A stretch of 64,000 nucleotides of DNA from Cercozoa sp. M6MM. Lineage: Eukaryota > Protista > Endomyxa: Ascetosporea. The position numbers were made by a program, and so were the translations under genes. Position 1 is the stretch's first letter. Every line of letters starts with the position of its first letter. This document shows, piece by piece, positions 39,700 to 50,544 of the stretch. The notes beneath the pieces are model-generated. The model was not told the DNA's origin. It did not search any database and worked only from the letters and a program-made list of their open reading frames with translations. Location: the NCBI GenBank assembly GCA_040357565.1, contig JBDODJ010000055.1. One strand, written 5' to 3'.

Positions 39700-41300
39700 T
39701 ACTTTAAACTGGCGGATTCATCGCAGACCTGTCGAACTGCACAAAAATATATCTGTAGTCGACCCCCTCAAAAATGTCCGAAGTCCAAACATCAAAAACT
39801 TTGAAAATGTCTGCAAATCGGCACGGATGCGAAAAAGTGAGAAAACGTCTCGACTTTTACGGGACGTTTGTTTTGAGTGCATTTGTGCTTCAGAGAAAGT
39901 TGTGGCTCGCATCGCAGGCTGGAGCGGATGACGTTAAATACGACTCTGTGTCTCGTGTACGTTAAATACGACTTGTGACGTATTTGCACCTCATTTACAA
40001 GGTTTGTTCGGTATTTTTTGTGCAGTTCCTTCTGTGACTCGCAATGTGCTCGACTACCCGTCGACACGCGATTTCATTGAAAGCGGAGCAGTTAAGCTTG
40101 TTTTGAAAAGCTCCGACCTGACGTGCGCTACGGCAACAGACGGCCACAAGCGTTGATGAAGCTGCTGACGACTTTCGTGTTCCCTTCCGTCGCATTTTGT
40201 GGTTGGCCTCGTGCAGCACAGCCAGTCGAGAGATTATCGCCGTGTAGTTTTGGACAAGGCAATTCAGCGCCAAGGCGTGGGACATGCTTGGGCTGTATCC
40301 TGCGCAACGACTCGCCGTACTGGATGGTGGAGGCCGTTGTTGAACGGCAACGGCGCTTACTGCTAATGCAATTGGTAAATCTGCATCTGGTGCTTGTGCA
40401 GGAAACCCCTTTTAAATTTATGATTGCCTTGCGTCTGCTGTCTCGACCTATATACGCGCCTCTTGTAAAATTTACATTCACTATTTTTGTCATGTTAGTG
40501 CGTGTACTCACTCTTGCAGTCTTGTAGCTTTCTTATTGCAGGAGAGTCAAATTCAGGGGCAACTGCTGGTTGGAGGGGAGCCAGAGAGAGGCTGGAGTGC
40601 AGCCAAAGATTGCTGTGCAGTCCGAGGTTGAAGTACAGCCACAAGCTGCTCAAGTCACCCAAGCGCAGCCACAAAGGGTCAAGTGCGACCGCAATATGTG
40701 CTCGCAACTGCGACGGGTAACTGTCACTGTTTGAAGCTTATTTACAACGCGATACAGAATCACCAAAAAGCGACGTGTCAAGGTGGAAAGCACGCCGCAG
40801 ACGGTTGCGACAAGTTAAGCTCAGCGATTGGATGAAAAGCGATACCTGCGATCCGGTGGGAGAGAAAGCAAAGCAAGAGCGAAGACAAGAAGAAACACGC
40901 CTGCAGGCGGAGCAGGCCAAGTCCCGGACATATTTAGGCTCTTCTCCTTGTACTGTAGATGCGTCACCTCACACGGTTCTTCAGAGGCGCCGGAAGATAC
41001 CTTAGCTTGCATGTACGTGCGTAATGTCCTTTGAGAGAACTTGAAAAAACTAACGGGAAAAGAGTCTCACGCAGTCTAGTTAAAGCAGTTGGCAGCACTA
41101 GCGTGTAGAATGTGTGACTTTGAATGCAATAGAAGTGCTTGAGGCTGCTCGAAAGGTGCAGGTTGCGCGGTTCGAACAGCAGTGTCTTGGCGGACAAGAT
41201 TGTCAGAATGGATGATGTCGGTCTTTGTGTTGTCAGAAGCCGTGCATTGTTTTGTCGAAACGGCCTGCCACCAGCGGTGGCGCTACCGCACTAACTCCGG
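39700..41300 (-). CDS. Hypothetical multi-exon gene
   Basis: Short spliceable minus-strand exons ending ...FVQFDRSAMNPPV* near 39703. No recognised domain; 5' end uncertain. Confidence 0.35.
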
Positions 41301-41523
41301 TAACATTAACGCGCACACTAAAGACTGAAGCCAGTAAAGCATGTGGTGTGCGGCCGAGTGCCCTGTGCAGCGAGCAACTGGCTCGACAAATATCGATGTC
41401 TTGTCCTGCAGAAACCGCCCGCTTACAGGACAACCTTTGAGAGAAAAGAGTAAAACAACACTCATTTTGCGCCTGGAGACTACCACATAGACCCTAGTGA
41501 CGTAGCAAACGACCGAGCAAGCC

Positions 41524-41730
41524 ATGGCACTCGCCTCCCGTACGCTGTGCTCTGTCTGTGTCGTGTCGGTTCTTGTTTCGTTTTTCGTTTTTGGGTTGTG
41601 AGAGTTTTCTTGTGCCACATTGCCACACTGTGTAGATGTGTTTGATTTGCTTGTTAGGCTGCACTAACTGCACCCCGCTCCGACAGGTACAGTACTGTGC
41701 AGTCTCAGGTTTCGTGTCATGCTGCCGTGT

Positions 41731-41810
<80 letters not shown>

Positions 41811-42346
41811 CGCACACACACACGCACACACAGTGGAGCGAGGAGGAAGTTCGACTCAACCGGCGCCTCCCGACGCCTGTTCCTGTCCCCGAAAGTGCGA
41901 TCACTTTGAGTTCATGCAAACAACATACTGATCTCTTCAATCTGGATTTGCGCTGCATGTGCATGTGTGCAGGACCAGCTCCGCGCCACCAAGAAGGAGG
42001 AGAAGACGACGACGACGACGAGAATCTCTTCCCAGAGGACGACGAGGAGGAGGAGGTGAGTTCGGGGTTACTGTGCTCTGAGTAAGTCATGTCTGTCATC
42101 TGAGTCTGACCGATCTGATATTGGAGTGCGCGTGTGCTGTGCATGTGTGCACGTCCGATCTGCCTGATCAGAACGAGTTCGAAGGCAGCGTGTCGCAGAG
42201 CGTCGAGTTGGTGGAACCGCCACCGCACCAGGTCTACGGCCACCGCACGCGTATAGTACTACCGCCCGCTATAGCTATTGTAGTGCCCCGTACTGCCCCG
42301 ACCCGGGACTTTCACTTGATTTTTTGTGTTCTTGTCGACGTGTTTT

Positions 42347-42394
<48 letters not shown>

Positions 42395-42494
42395 NNNNNN
42401 NNNNNNNNNNNNNNNNNNNNNNNNNNNNNNNNNNNNNNNNNNNNNNNNNNNNNNNNNNNNNNNNNNNNNNNNNNNNNNNNNNNNNNNNNNNNNN

Positions 42495-42535
<41 letters not shown>

Positions 42536-42916
42536 TCCTGACAGCGCGGCCTCGAGAACATCGTGAACGTGGCCAACACCGACACTTACCGTCGTGCAGC
42601 GCCTGCGCCGGCACCAGCACAACTGCTGCCAGTGCAGCGGCAACCGCAGCCACCTGAAAGGCTCGCTCGCCGTCGGCCGGTGCACCGACCGTTCCGACCT
42701 TGCCGGCCTCCGAACTACCTGTATGATGTGGAACTCAACGTCTTCCGATTCATGGCACCGTGGGAGATCAAGGTGAGAATCGCCGAGTTTGAGCGCTTCC
42801 GCTCCATGAATGCTGGGACGGTGACTTGTCCCTCCGCCCGGCCCCTGGCGCCGCACCCCTTCCTCCCGCTTCGGGCAAGACTGATATCATCACGGCGGCG
42901 CGGGCGTCTACTTTAG
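41524..42916 (+). CDS. Hypothetical protein with acidic and Pro-rich segments
   Basis: ATG 41524. Exons WSEEEVRLNRRLPTP, GGEDDDDDENLFPEDDEEEE and NEFEGSVSQSVELVEPP are separated by GT-AG introns containing microsatellites. Confidence 0.5.
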
Positions 42917-43304
42917 TGTATTGCCTGCCTGTATACTGTTAGTACTGTTAGCTAGCTACTGTACTGCAGAAGAAAGTAACGTAAATCTTCCGTCAGGAAT
43001 GCTGACCGTACTCGACCGCGCAGTGACATAAGCGAGTGCGAGAATGACTACCGTACGGCCGGCGAAGTCGACCCACTCTAGCTAGACTAATGCAGGAGAA
43101 CTGACGTACTGGTGAGCTGTAGGCTCCGTACAGACTCAACTAACCAACTACGGTCGGAGAAGGTATCTCTGGCTCGAAAGGTCGGATTTCTTGAAATCGA
43201 ACGTGGGGCAGCAGGCAGACAAACGTTTGAAACCCGTAGTTTTGCACCCTTCTTCCGCACCATCGGGTGGTAGTAGCCATAGGTGCGTAGGTACCAAAAG
43301 CAAA

Positions 43305-43500
43305 AAAGGAATTAAGGAATTGCAAAAAGAACGCGGTGCCGACGCCCGAATTAAGGAGTTAAGGAATTACAAAAAGAGCGCGGTGCCAACTTGAAGAATT
43401 ACAAAACGCAAACGCGGTGCCAACTTAAGGAAGTACAAAAAGAACGCGGTGCCCACTTCACTTGAGGAATTACCAAAACGAAAACGCGGTGCCAACGCCC
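43305..43500 (-). repeat. Degenerate tandem array (5 units of ~32-45 bp) made of the tRNA 3' end plus T-rich trailer
   Basis: + strand core AA(G/T)T(A/G)C...AA..(A/G)CGCGGTGCC(A/G/C)AC repeated five times. The last unit is the tRNA acceptor end itself. Confidence 0.85.
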
Positions 43501-43643
43501 GGACTCGAACCGGGATCCGCCCGCATTACCCACACAACACGTGTTCGGCTGCCAGTGCGGCAGCCAGAGATTTCAAGAAAGAAGTTCGAATTGGGGGGTG
43601 TCCCGAGGGACAGGTGGGCGCTCTACCATTGAGCTACACTGGC
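43490..43643 (-). tRNA. tRNA-like gene with an 82-nt insertion in the anticodon loop; apparent anticodon GTC (Asp); identity uncertain, possibly a pseudogene
   Basis: GCCAGTG TA GCTC AATGGTA GAGC G CCCAC CT GTC [82 nt] AT GCGGG CGGAT CCCGG TTCGAGT CCGGG CGTTGGC A. A and B boxes, D arm, T arm and acceptor stem are intact; followed by T-runs. Confidence 0.7.
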
Positions 43644-43884
43644 AACCAAGCCGCTGACATCTGCCATATCCACAAATGCTGAACTTGGCAACTCATTGTG
43701 ACCACATCATGGGCTAGTTTGTTTACCTGTATTCGCACCCTTGCAAGCCACAGACCTGCCGCGAAACCACGTTACTAAGGCTAATTTGTGTCGTTTTTCA
43801 TTTGTAACTGACCCGAAGCTACTGGCTGGAAGTGTCAACTCGTCGATTGAGAGGGGCCGTAATGTGTTCAGCGTTCAGCGCCAG

Positions 43885-46800
43885 TTAAGGCTGCGACTCG
43901 GCGAGCTGCGTGATTTGGCGCAGAAAGTGGCTCGGTGACGGGAAGTCAGTGGCGCCGACCACCTGTGATGAAGCGATTATTTGACCAGCCACTGCGGGGG
44001 GGGGGGTTCAGCATACCAGGTCGCAGGCAGTGCCTCCAGCAGCAACACCAACAGAAGCGGCGCTGCGTGCCGAGGATCGCTGTGCATACTCGCGCAGATC
44101 GGCGGCCTCGGCAAAGGAGAGGCCTGATCCGCAGGCACATGCACATACTGTATAGGACCGGAAAGACCTAACTGGGTGAGTGCAGGTACCACCGACGACG
44201 ACGCACATCACTGGACCAGCAGCACCGCTGAAGCCAGTGCCCAGAGGGTCCAGTGTGCAGTAGGCCTGCTCCTCACCAGTCTACACGGACGGTTTATTCG
44301 CATGGCCAGTTTGATAGAGTGGGGTACCGTCAATGCAGCAGCGAGTGCACGTGTCAGTGGCAGACTACAACACCGTCACTCAGTCAAGCACATGAGATGA
44401 TCGCACTGATCACTGCCAAGGTAGGTCAGACAGGACAAGGAGACCGAGCATGCGACGGCAGCAGCTGCTTCATCTGTCCGAGCAGTTCGGCCCCGGTGCC
44501 AACAACGCGATCGGCGAACTTGCCTGCGCACGTGTGCAGACACGTATGATCACCTCAGTCGGAGTGATCACCTCAGTCGGAGTGATCACCCTAGTCAGTC
44601 AAGAAAAGGCACCAAGCAGCTTGAGACCCGTGCCGGACAGGAGACGCGACCGGTCATTGGCCTCCTCTTGCTGCCGATCGCTCTCCGGCAGTGCTCCAGT
44701 CGACAGTGCCGTCGCCATGTGTACCGTTAGCCACCTACGATCACCACGTGCTCACTGAGAGGAGAGAGAGCACCCACGTGGTCACTCTGACTGAGTGATA
44801 CCGGCGCACAAAGGCGGCTGCTGCCAACGACACCGCCGGCTTGACCGACTCGTTTCCTGCGGAGGGGGGTAAGAGGGTGAATGGGAGGGGTAGAAGGGGT
44901 AAGAGGGGGTAAGATGGCGTGGGGGGAGGGGTAAATACGCGACAGCATGCTGGCCAACGAGCGCGGCTGCGACTTGGCCAAGGCATCGGCCTGTCTCTGC
45001 AGCGACTCTTCCATGTCACGCAGCAGCTACACATGCCCACTCATTCAGTGATCACTTCAGCAGTCAGTGATCACTCCAGTCAGTGGCCAAAGCTATCACA
45101 TACATGTGGTCACACGTACCTCAGAGGCGTCGACTTTGCGCATCGCCGTGCACAGCAGCACCACCTACAGGAGGTAAGGAGGTAAAGAGGGGGTAAAAAG
45201 GAGTAAAGAAACAGACCAAGAAGAAGCGCAGACGGTCCTGAAAAACGGCGTGATCCACGTGCTCCGAGCCGACGCCGACGAGCGACAGCAAGTCCTGCTT
45301 CCGCGCGGAGATCTGTGGTCACACAGACACACAAACACCAGTCAAATGATGCGACGTATCAGTCGGACAAGAAGACACCTGCTGCGACGTCGAGATGTGG
45401 CCGGTCAGGAAGTCCCTCTACGGGGTAAAGGAGGAGAGGTAACGGGGGGGGGGTAACACGGGGTATGGGGGTAAGACACCTCGGTGTTGTACAGTGCGGC
45501 CAGATCGCGCTGGTTCAACTGACGCGAGATGGCGTCGGCCACGGCCGAGTGACGGTCAATCTGCGCCTTGCGCTTGCGCCTGCAACCACAAGGAGCAAAA
45601 AGGGGTAAGGGCAAGGGGTAAGGGGTGGACAAAGGGGGTAAGGAAGGTAAAGGGGACACAGGGGCATAGGGGTAAAGTGAGGTAGTGGTACCACTCAGGC
45701 AGTTCCGACAGCAACGACGACAACTCGCCTGTCCATAGGAACAGCCATATGTACATTCCATCGGTACAATCCATATGTACAGCCCATATATGTACAGTCC
45801 ATATGTACCCTGCTGCTCGTGCTGAATGGAGGTGGCATCGTCTTGGTGTTGCTGCGCAGAGTGTAGATACACAACTTAACAATACAAACCCCCTTAACAA
45901 AGTCCTTCTAAGGCCCCTTAACATAGGTATTAAGGGTGAGTTGACTACCTGCAGCAGCGCACTGAAGGCCTCGGCCACCTCGGGGAAGGCGTCGTCGGCG
46001 TGCCGCCACCAGAAGGCGTCCTCCTGGTTGAATTCGAGCACGCGCCGTTTGGCACCGCCAGTTGCACCGCCACCGGCACCGTCACTGGGGCCGTGATCAC
46101 CCTCGGCGTCAGCGGACACGTGCACCCGGTTGCACCGCAGGTCCAGCAGGTCGTGGCACAGCGCGCGGTACCGACACGGGTGGTGCAGCACCGACGCCAG
46201 GTCGTCGCCTCTACACACATGCACACAGGCACACATGCACACGTGTTTCTCACTGACTGACTGAGTGATTCAGTGACTGATTGAGTGACTGACGGTGCCA
46301 ATGATACCGGTCAAGCAGCACAATGACGGGTCGTGCAACCGTCGCATCAGCGTCACTCGGCGTCAGCAGCGCCGCTAGTCGCTCCGCCACCGCCGAGGCC
46401 GCACACGACTTGCTCTGTGGGGGAAGGGCGTAGGGGTAAATGGGGGTGAATGGGGGTAAAGAGGGGGTAAAGAGACGAAAGAGGGGTAAAGATGGGGAGA
46501 AAGAGGGGGGAGGGAGTAAACCGGACAGCGCAGAACAGGAGTGCAGCGAGGAGACCAAAGTGCCACAGCTCCGCGCAGTCGCTGCGCCGTCTCCTGCAGC
46601 AGCCACTCCACCTCCGCGTCTATACACAGCACTGCATGAACAAGCCTGTCCGCGGGCAGCGTCACTCGGCCTACCGGCGGACGAGTGCGCGCGGAGGAAG
46701 AAATCCGTCGACTCCAGAGAAAATAGCGACGGCGCCAGCGACACAAAACTGCGGGAGGGATAAAGGGATAAAGAGGGGGTGAAGGGACAAAGAGGGGGTA

Positions 46801-47826
46801 ACGGGATAAAGCGGGTTGTAAAGGGGTAAAGAGGGTAAAGATAGGATAAGGGGTAAAGAGGGGCAACGTGGGGTAAAAAGGGGGTAAAGCTACGAGGAGT
46901 TGCGCTCGCGCACGGTTTCGACCAGCGTGGCCGCCAAGGCCGCACTGTCTGTAGGCACACTCGTGTGTCCAATGTGCCACATGTCCATATGTACCACATG
47001 TCTATATGGACATGCGGACGGGACAGATGTACCAGGCAGCGGACGGCACAGCTGGCGCGCCAAGTGCTGCAGCGACTCGCGCGCCACCGGCGACACTGCA
47101 TAGGGGGCGCGGGGGGTTAAAGGATAAGGGGGTAAAGGGGTAAAGGTGTAAAGGGAACAAAGGGGTATAGCGGGTGAAGGGTAAAGAGTCAGGTGGATAA
47201 AGGGTAAGGGGTAAAGGGGGTAAACATACAGAACTCGATGCGGAAGCTCTTGAAGCGGTGTGCAGCAATGTCTTGTGCCATCTGCACGCCCAGAAATGTG
47301 GCTACACTCACACGGTCCAGACACGGGTCCATGTATACCAGATCAATGTTTTCGGCAGAGGGTTCCACAAAGTACACGGCTATGCAGAAATGGACAGTCC
47401 ACATGGAGCCGGACATGCACAGAGAGGGGGAACAGATGTACCTGGCACACTGCGCATCTGCTGTCGCGGCGACTGTGCGATCGATAGGTGCAGTGTCACC
47501 CCTGTCCACATCCGCGCGGATACTCGCAGACCAAGCACATCTATGATCGGTATGTACCCGCGGAGCGAAGTGCCTGCACCGGGAACAGCTGCGTTAGCAC
47601 CTCGCGGCCACGTGCGCAGTACACCAGGCACTTCCACTGCTGCTGCCGCTGCTGCGCCTGGTCCATCGCTGCGTTGATGTCGCTGCTGCTGCCTTTGGTG
47701 TCCCCTGAGAGTAACACATAGGAGAAGGGGTCCAAAGCGGTCACAGGGAAGGCACAACACGTGTCTTGTACCCTGCAGCATCTGCCAGAGATGCCGCTGC
47801 TGACGATCGCGTAAGTCCGCGCTCAT
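43885..47826 (-). CDS. SLY1: Sec1/Munc18-family protein SLY1
   Basis: QWKCLVYC..LFPVQALRSAG|VTLHLSI, AVYFVEPSAENI, SFVSLAPSLFSL, RPVIVLLDR, LHHPCRYRALCHDLLDLRCNRV, DAFWWRHADDAFPEVAE, KRKAQIDRHSAVA, VVVGG. Confidence 0.92.
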
Positions 47827-48015
47827 TGTTGTACTCAGACGTGTGTTAACACTGCAGAATACGCGTGCAGTCGCGTCACTTTGCTACAATGGCACTGTTG
47901 AACAGCCTAGCCTCCCGCTTAAAATGTTTAATTTTTCCCGGTTTCTGGGTACGCTTGTTTCACACGTCAGAGTGTGCACGTGCGGTAGTGTGTGATTTTG
48001 GGAAATACAGTAAAC

Positions 48016-49979
48016 ATGCTGCTTGTTGAAAAGCACTGTCCCAAACAGCTCGGGCAGCTGGACTACCACGAGGATGTCACGAGTCTGCTGCGCCAGATGG
48101 TACTACCACGAGGATGTCACGAGTCTGTAGGCGGTCCTACTTGATTGGAATGCAGGCACGGAGGGCCGAGGTGCCGCATTTGCTCGTGTACGGACCGCCG
48201 GGCAGTGGCAAGAAGACGCGCATTGGGGTACCTTTTGAGAACGCTGTTTCGACATACTATAGTGACTTACAAACACGCTTGTTCAGGCACTGCTGCGTGC
48301 CTTGTACGGCCAAGCAGCCGAGCACAAACAGCTCGCACACAAAAGCTTCAAGGTGCGCAGTCGGTAGGCTGCCTCCTCATGCTCAGCATCATATCTATTT
48401 TACCGTATGTCTATATTATCATATGTCTGTAGTACCATGTCTATGTCTGTAACTACCCTTGCCGCTGTAACCTTGCTGCAGGGAGATCGAGGTGGCCCTG
48501 CTGACCAGCAAGAATCACATCGAACTCGACCCGAGCGATGCCGGTCTGTACGACCACGTGGTCGTGCAGGAGATTATCAAGGAGATGGCGCAGTCGCGCA
48601 ACATCTCGGCACTCGACGCGTACCCCCTCATTTGTCCCATTACCTGCCTCCGCACGGACGCTTGTACCTGCGCAGTGCTTCGAATGCAACGAAAGCTAAG
48701 AACTTCAAAGTCGTCGTTCTGCACCATGTAGGCTTTTTCTCAGGCTGCCAAAACACGCTCTTGTATTCGTGTGTACAGGTGGAGAAACTCTCACACGCGG
48801 CACAACACGCGCTGCGTCGGACCATGGAAAGGTACAATTGTTTACCTTTTACCCCTGTTATCCCTACCACCCCCCCCAGATACATGTCGTCGTGCCGGCT
48901 GATTCTATGCTGTGACTCGGTGTGCAAAGTGACGGCGCCGCTGCGCTCGCGCTGTCTGCCCGTGCGAGTAGCCGCTCCGACTGACGAAAAGGTACACTTT
49001 CTTCCTGTCTGTTTGTGCCGTCCATGTGTACGGTTCAAACGTACTGTCCATGCATACAAGTAGGTGCGTGAGATTCTGGCCAAGACTCTGGTTGCAGAGG
49101 GACAGGTACCTTTTGTTCACAAGTGTGTGCGTGTTGTGACGGTGCTACTTGTGTTGTGTAAAGCGAGATGTCCGCGCGGACAGTCCGGTCGTGCGCGAGA
49201 TCGCCGAGCACAGCAAGGGCAACCTGCGCAAGGCGCTGCTGCTGCTCGAGACGGCCATCGTGCAGGCCGACAATTCCGTGCTGAGACCCGACTCCTCGGT
49301 ACGCAGGCCTGTGTATCATTTTACCTGTCTGGTGGGTTGAGTGAGTGGATACACATGGGTTGCGCAGGTTGAGGTGGCCTCCTGGGAAAGTTTCGTGTCA
49401 GACATGGCGACACTCGTGCTGTCGGAACAGACACCCAAGCAACTTGCTGCCTTGTATCTTGTGTCTACCCCTTGGCCTCCCTACTGTTACCCCCCCCCCC
49501 ATCACTAGGCGCGACAAGTGCTACCAGTTGCTGCTGAACCTGTTGCCGCCAGACCTGGTGTTGTCGCAGCTCGCGCACTCGCTGAGCGAGAAGCTTCCGC
49601 GCGGAAGTTGCGTCGATACCAAGGTCTTTGAGGCTACTAAACACACGGCACTCACACGTGCTGCCGTCGGTGGTACCTATATCCCTCCCGGTTACCTCTG
49701 CTTCTGTCGTTCTTTTTGTATACTTCGCGGTGCAGGTGACAACATGTCGCGACCAGTGTGCTCCAACGAAGACATGCGACGGTACTCCAATTTTGCGCAT
49801 CCACTTGAATCACGCGGCGTGGTTTCTTCTTGCGCAGACGTGTCTGGGCACTGGCGGCCGAGCTGCAGCTGCGCATGTGTCAGGGCAGCAAGCCGATCCT
49901 GCACCTCGAGGCCTTCCTCGCCTCCGTCATGTCGCTGCTCCGCGAGTGGAACATGGCCACGCTCGTGCAGCAACACTAG
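48016..49979 (+). CDS. RFC3: Replication factor C 38-kDa subunit (human RFC3 / yeast Rfc5)
   Basis: LDYHEDV, PHLLVYGPPGSGKKTRI, SKNHIELDPSDAGLYDHVVVQEIIKEMAQ, AQHALRRTMER|YM, APLRSRCL, GNLRKALLLLE, RMCQGSKPILHLEAF. Confidence 0.95.
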
Positions 49980-50416
49980 TTAACGAAGCACCTACCTAGC
50001 GTCTACGATACGCACATACGGTATACGTACTGATCTACCTACACATCGTACTGTTACTGTCACGTCAACATCAACGCAATCAATCTACTCGGCTTACGTG
50101 ACTTGCCCTGCGTAAAGGTGTGCTACGTTGGCGCTTGGACGCCGACACCCAACGACGTGCCGTCTGCCGTCGTCGTCTTCTCCAAAATCCCGGAGCAACC
50201 GCGACGCGATGGTCGCTGTCGACGTCAGTCTGCCACTGTATGACGCCCGAGACTTTGACGCGGAGCATCGCTGGACGCCAACCAGGACAGAGCGAGACTG
50301 CAGTGTGACCGTTGACGCCAAGGGAGTCTGCGGAGATGCGTAGTGGACGACCTCGCTCCTCCAATGACACATGTTTGACGGCTTCGTGTCGCCAAGCTTC
50401 AACGTTCTTAGAAGAA

Positions 50417-50470
50417 TGGCACAGGGGAACTATATGGTTGGCCTCGAAGTAGACTGAACTAACTAACTAC
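50417..50470 (-). repeat. Dispersed ~60-bp motif, copy D
   Basis: Reverse complement reads GTAGTTAGTTAGTTCAGTCTACTTCGAGGCCAACCATATAGTTCCCCTGTGCCA. Confidence 0.65.
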
Positions 50471-50544
50471 TGAGACGTACGTATATTATCGTACGGCGTT
50501 TTAAGGCAGCGTTTCGGTTTTCCCCATACTGTATGTGTACGAGG

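Noticed and set aside
43305-43500. CRISPR-like array
   Set aside because: Units are degenerate with no unique spacers, there are no cas genes, the context is eukaryotic, and the repeats derive from the tRNA 3' end.
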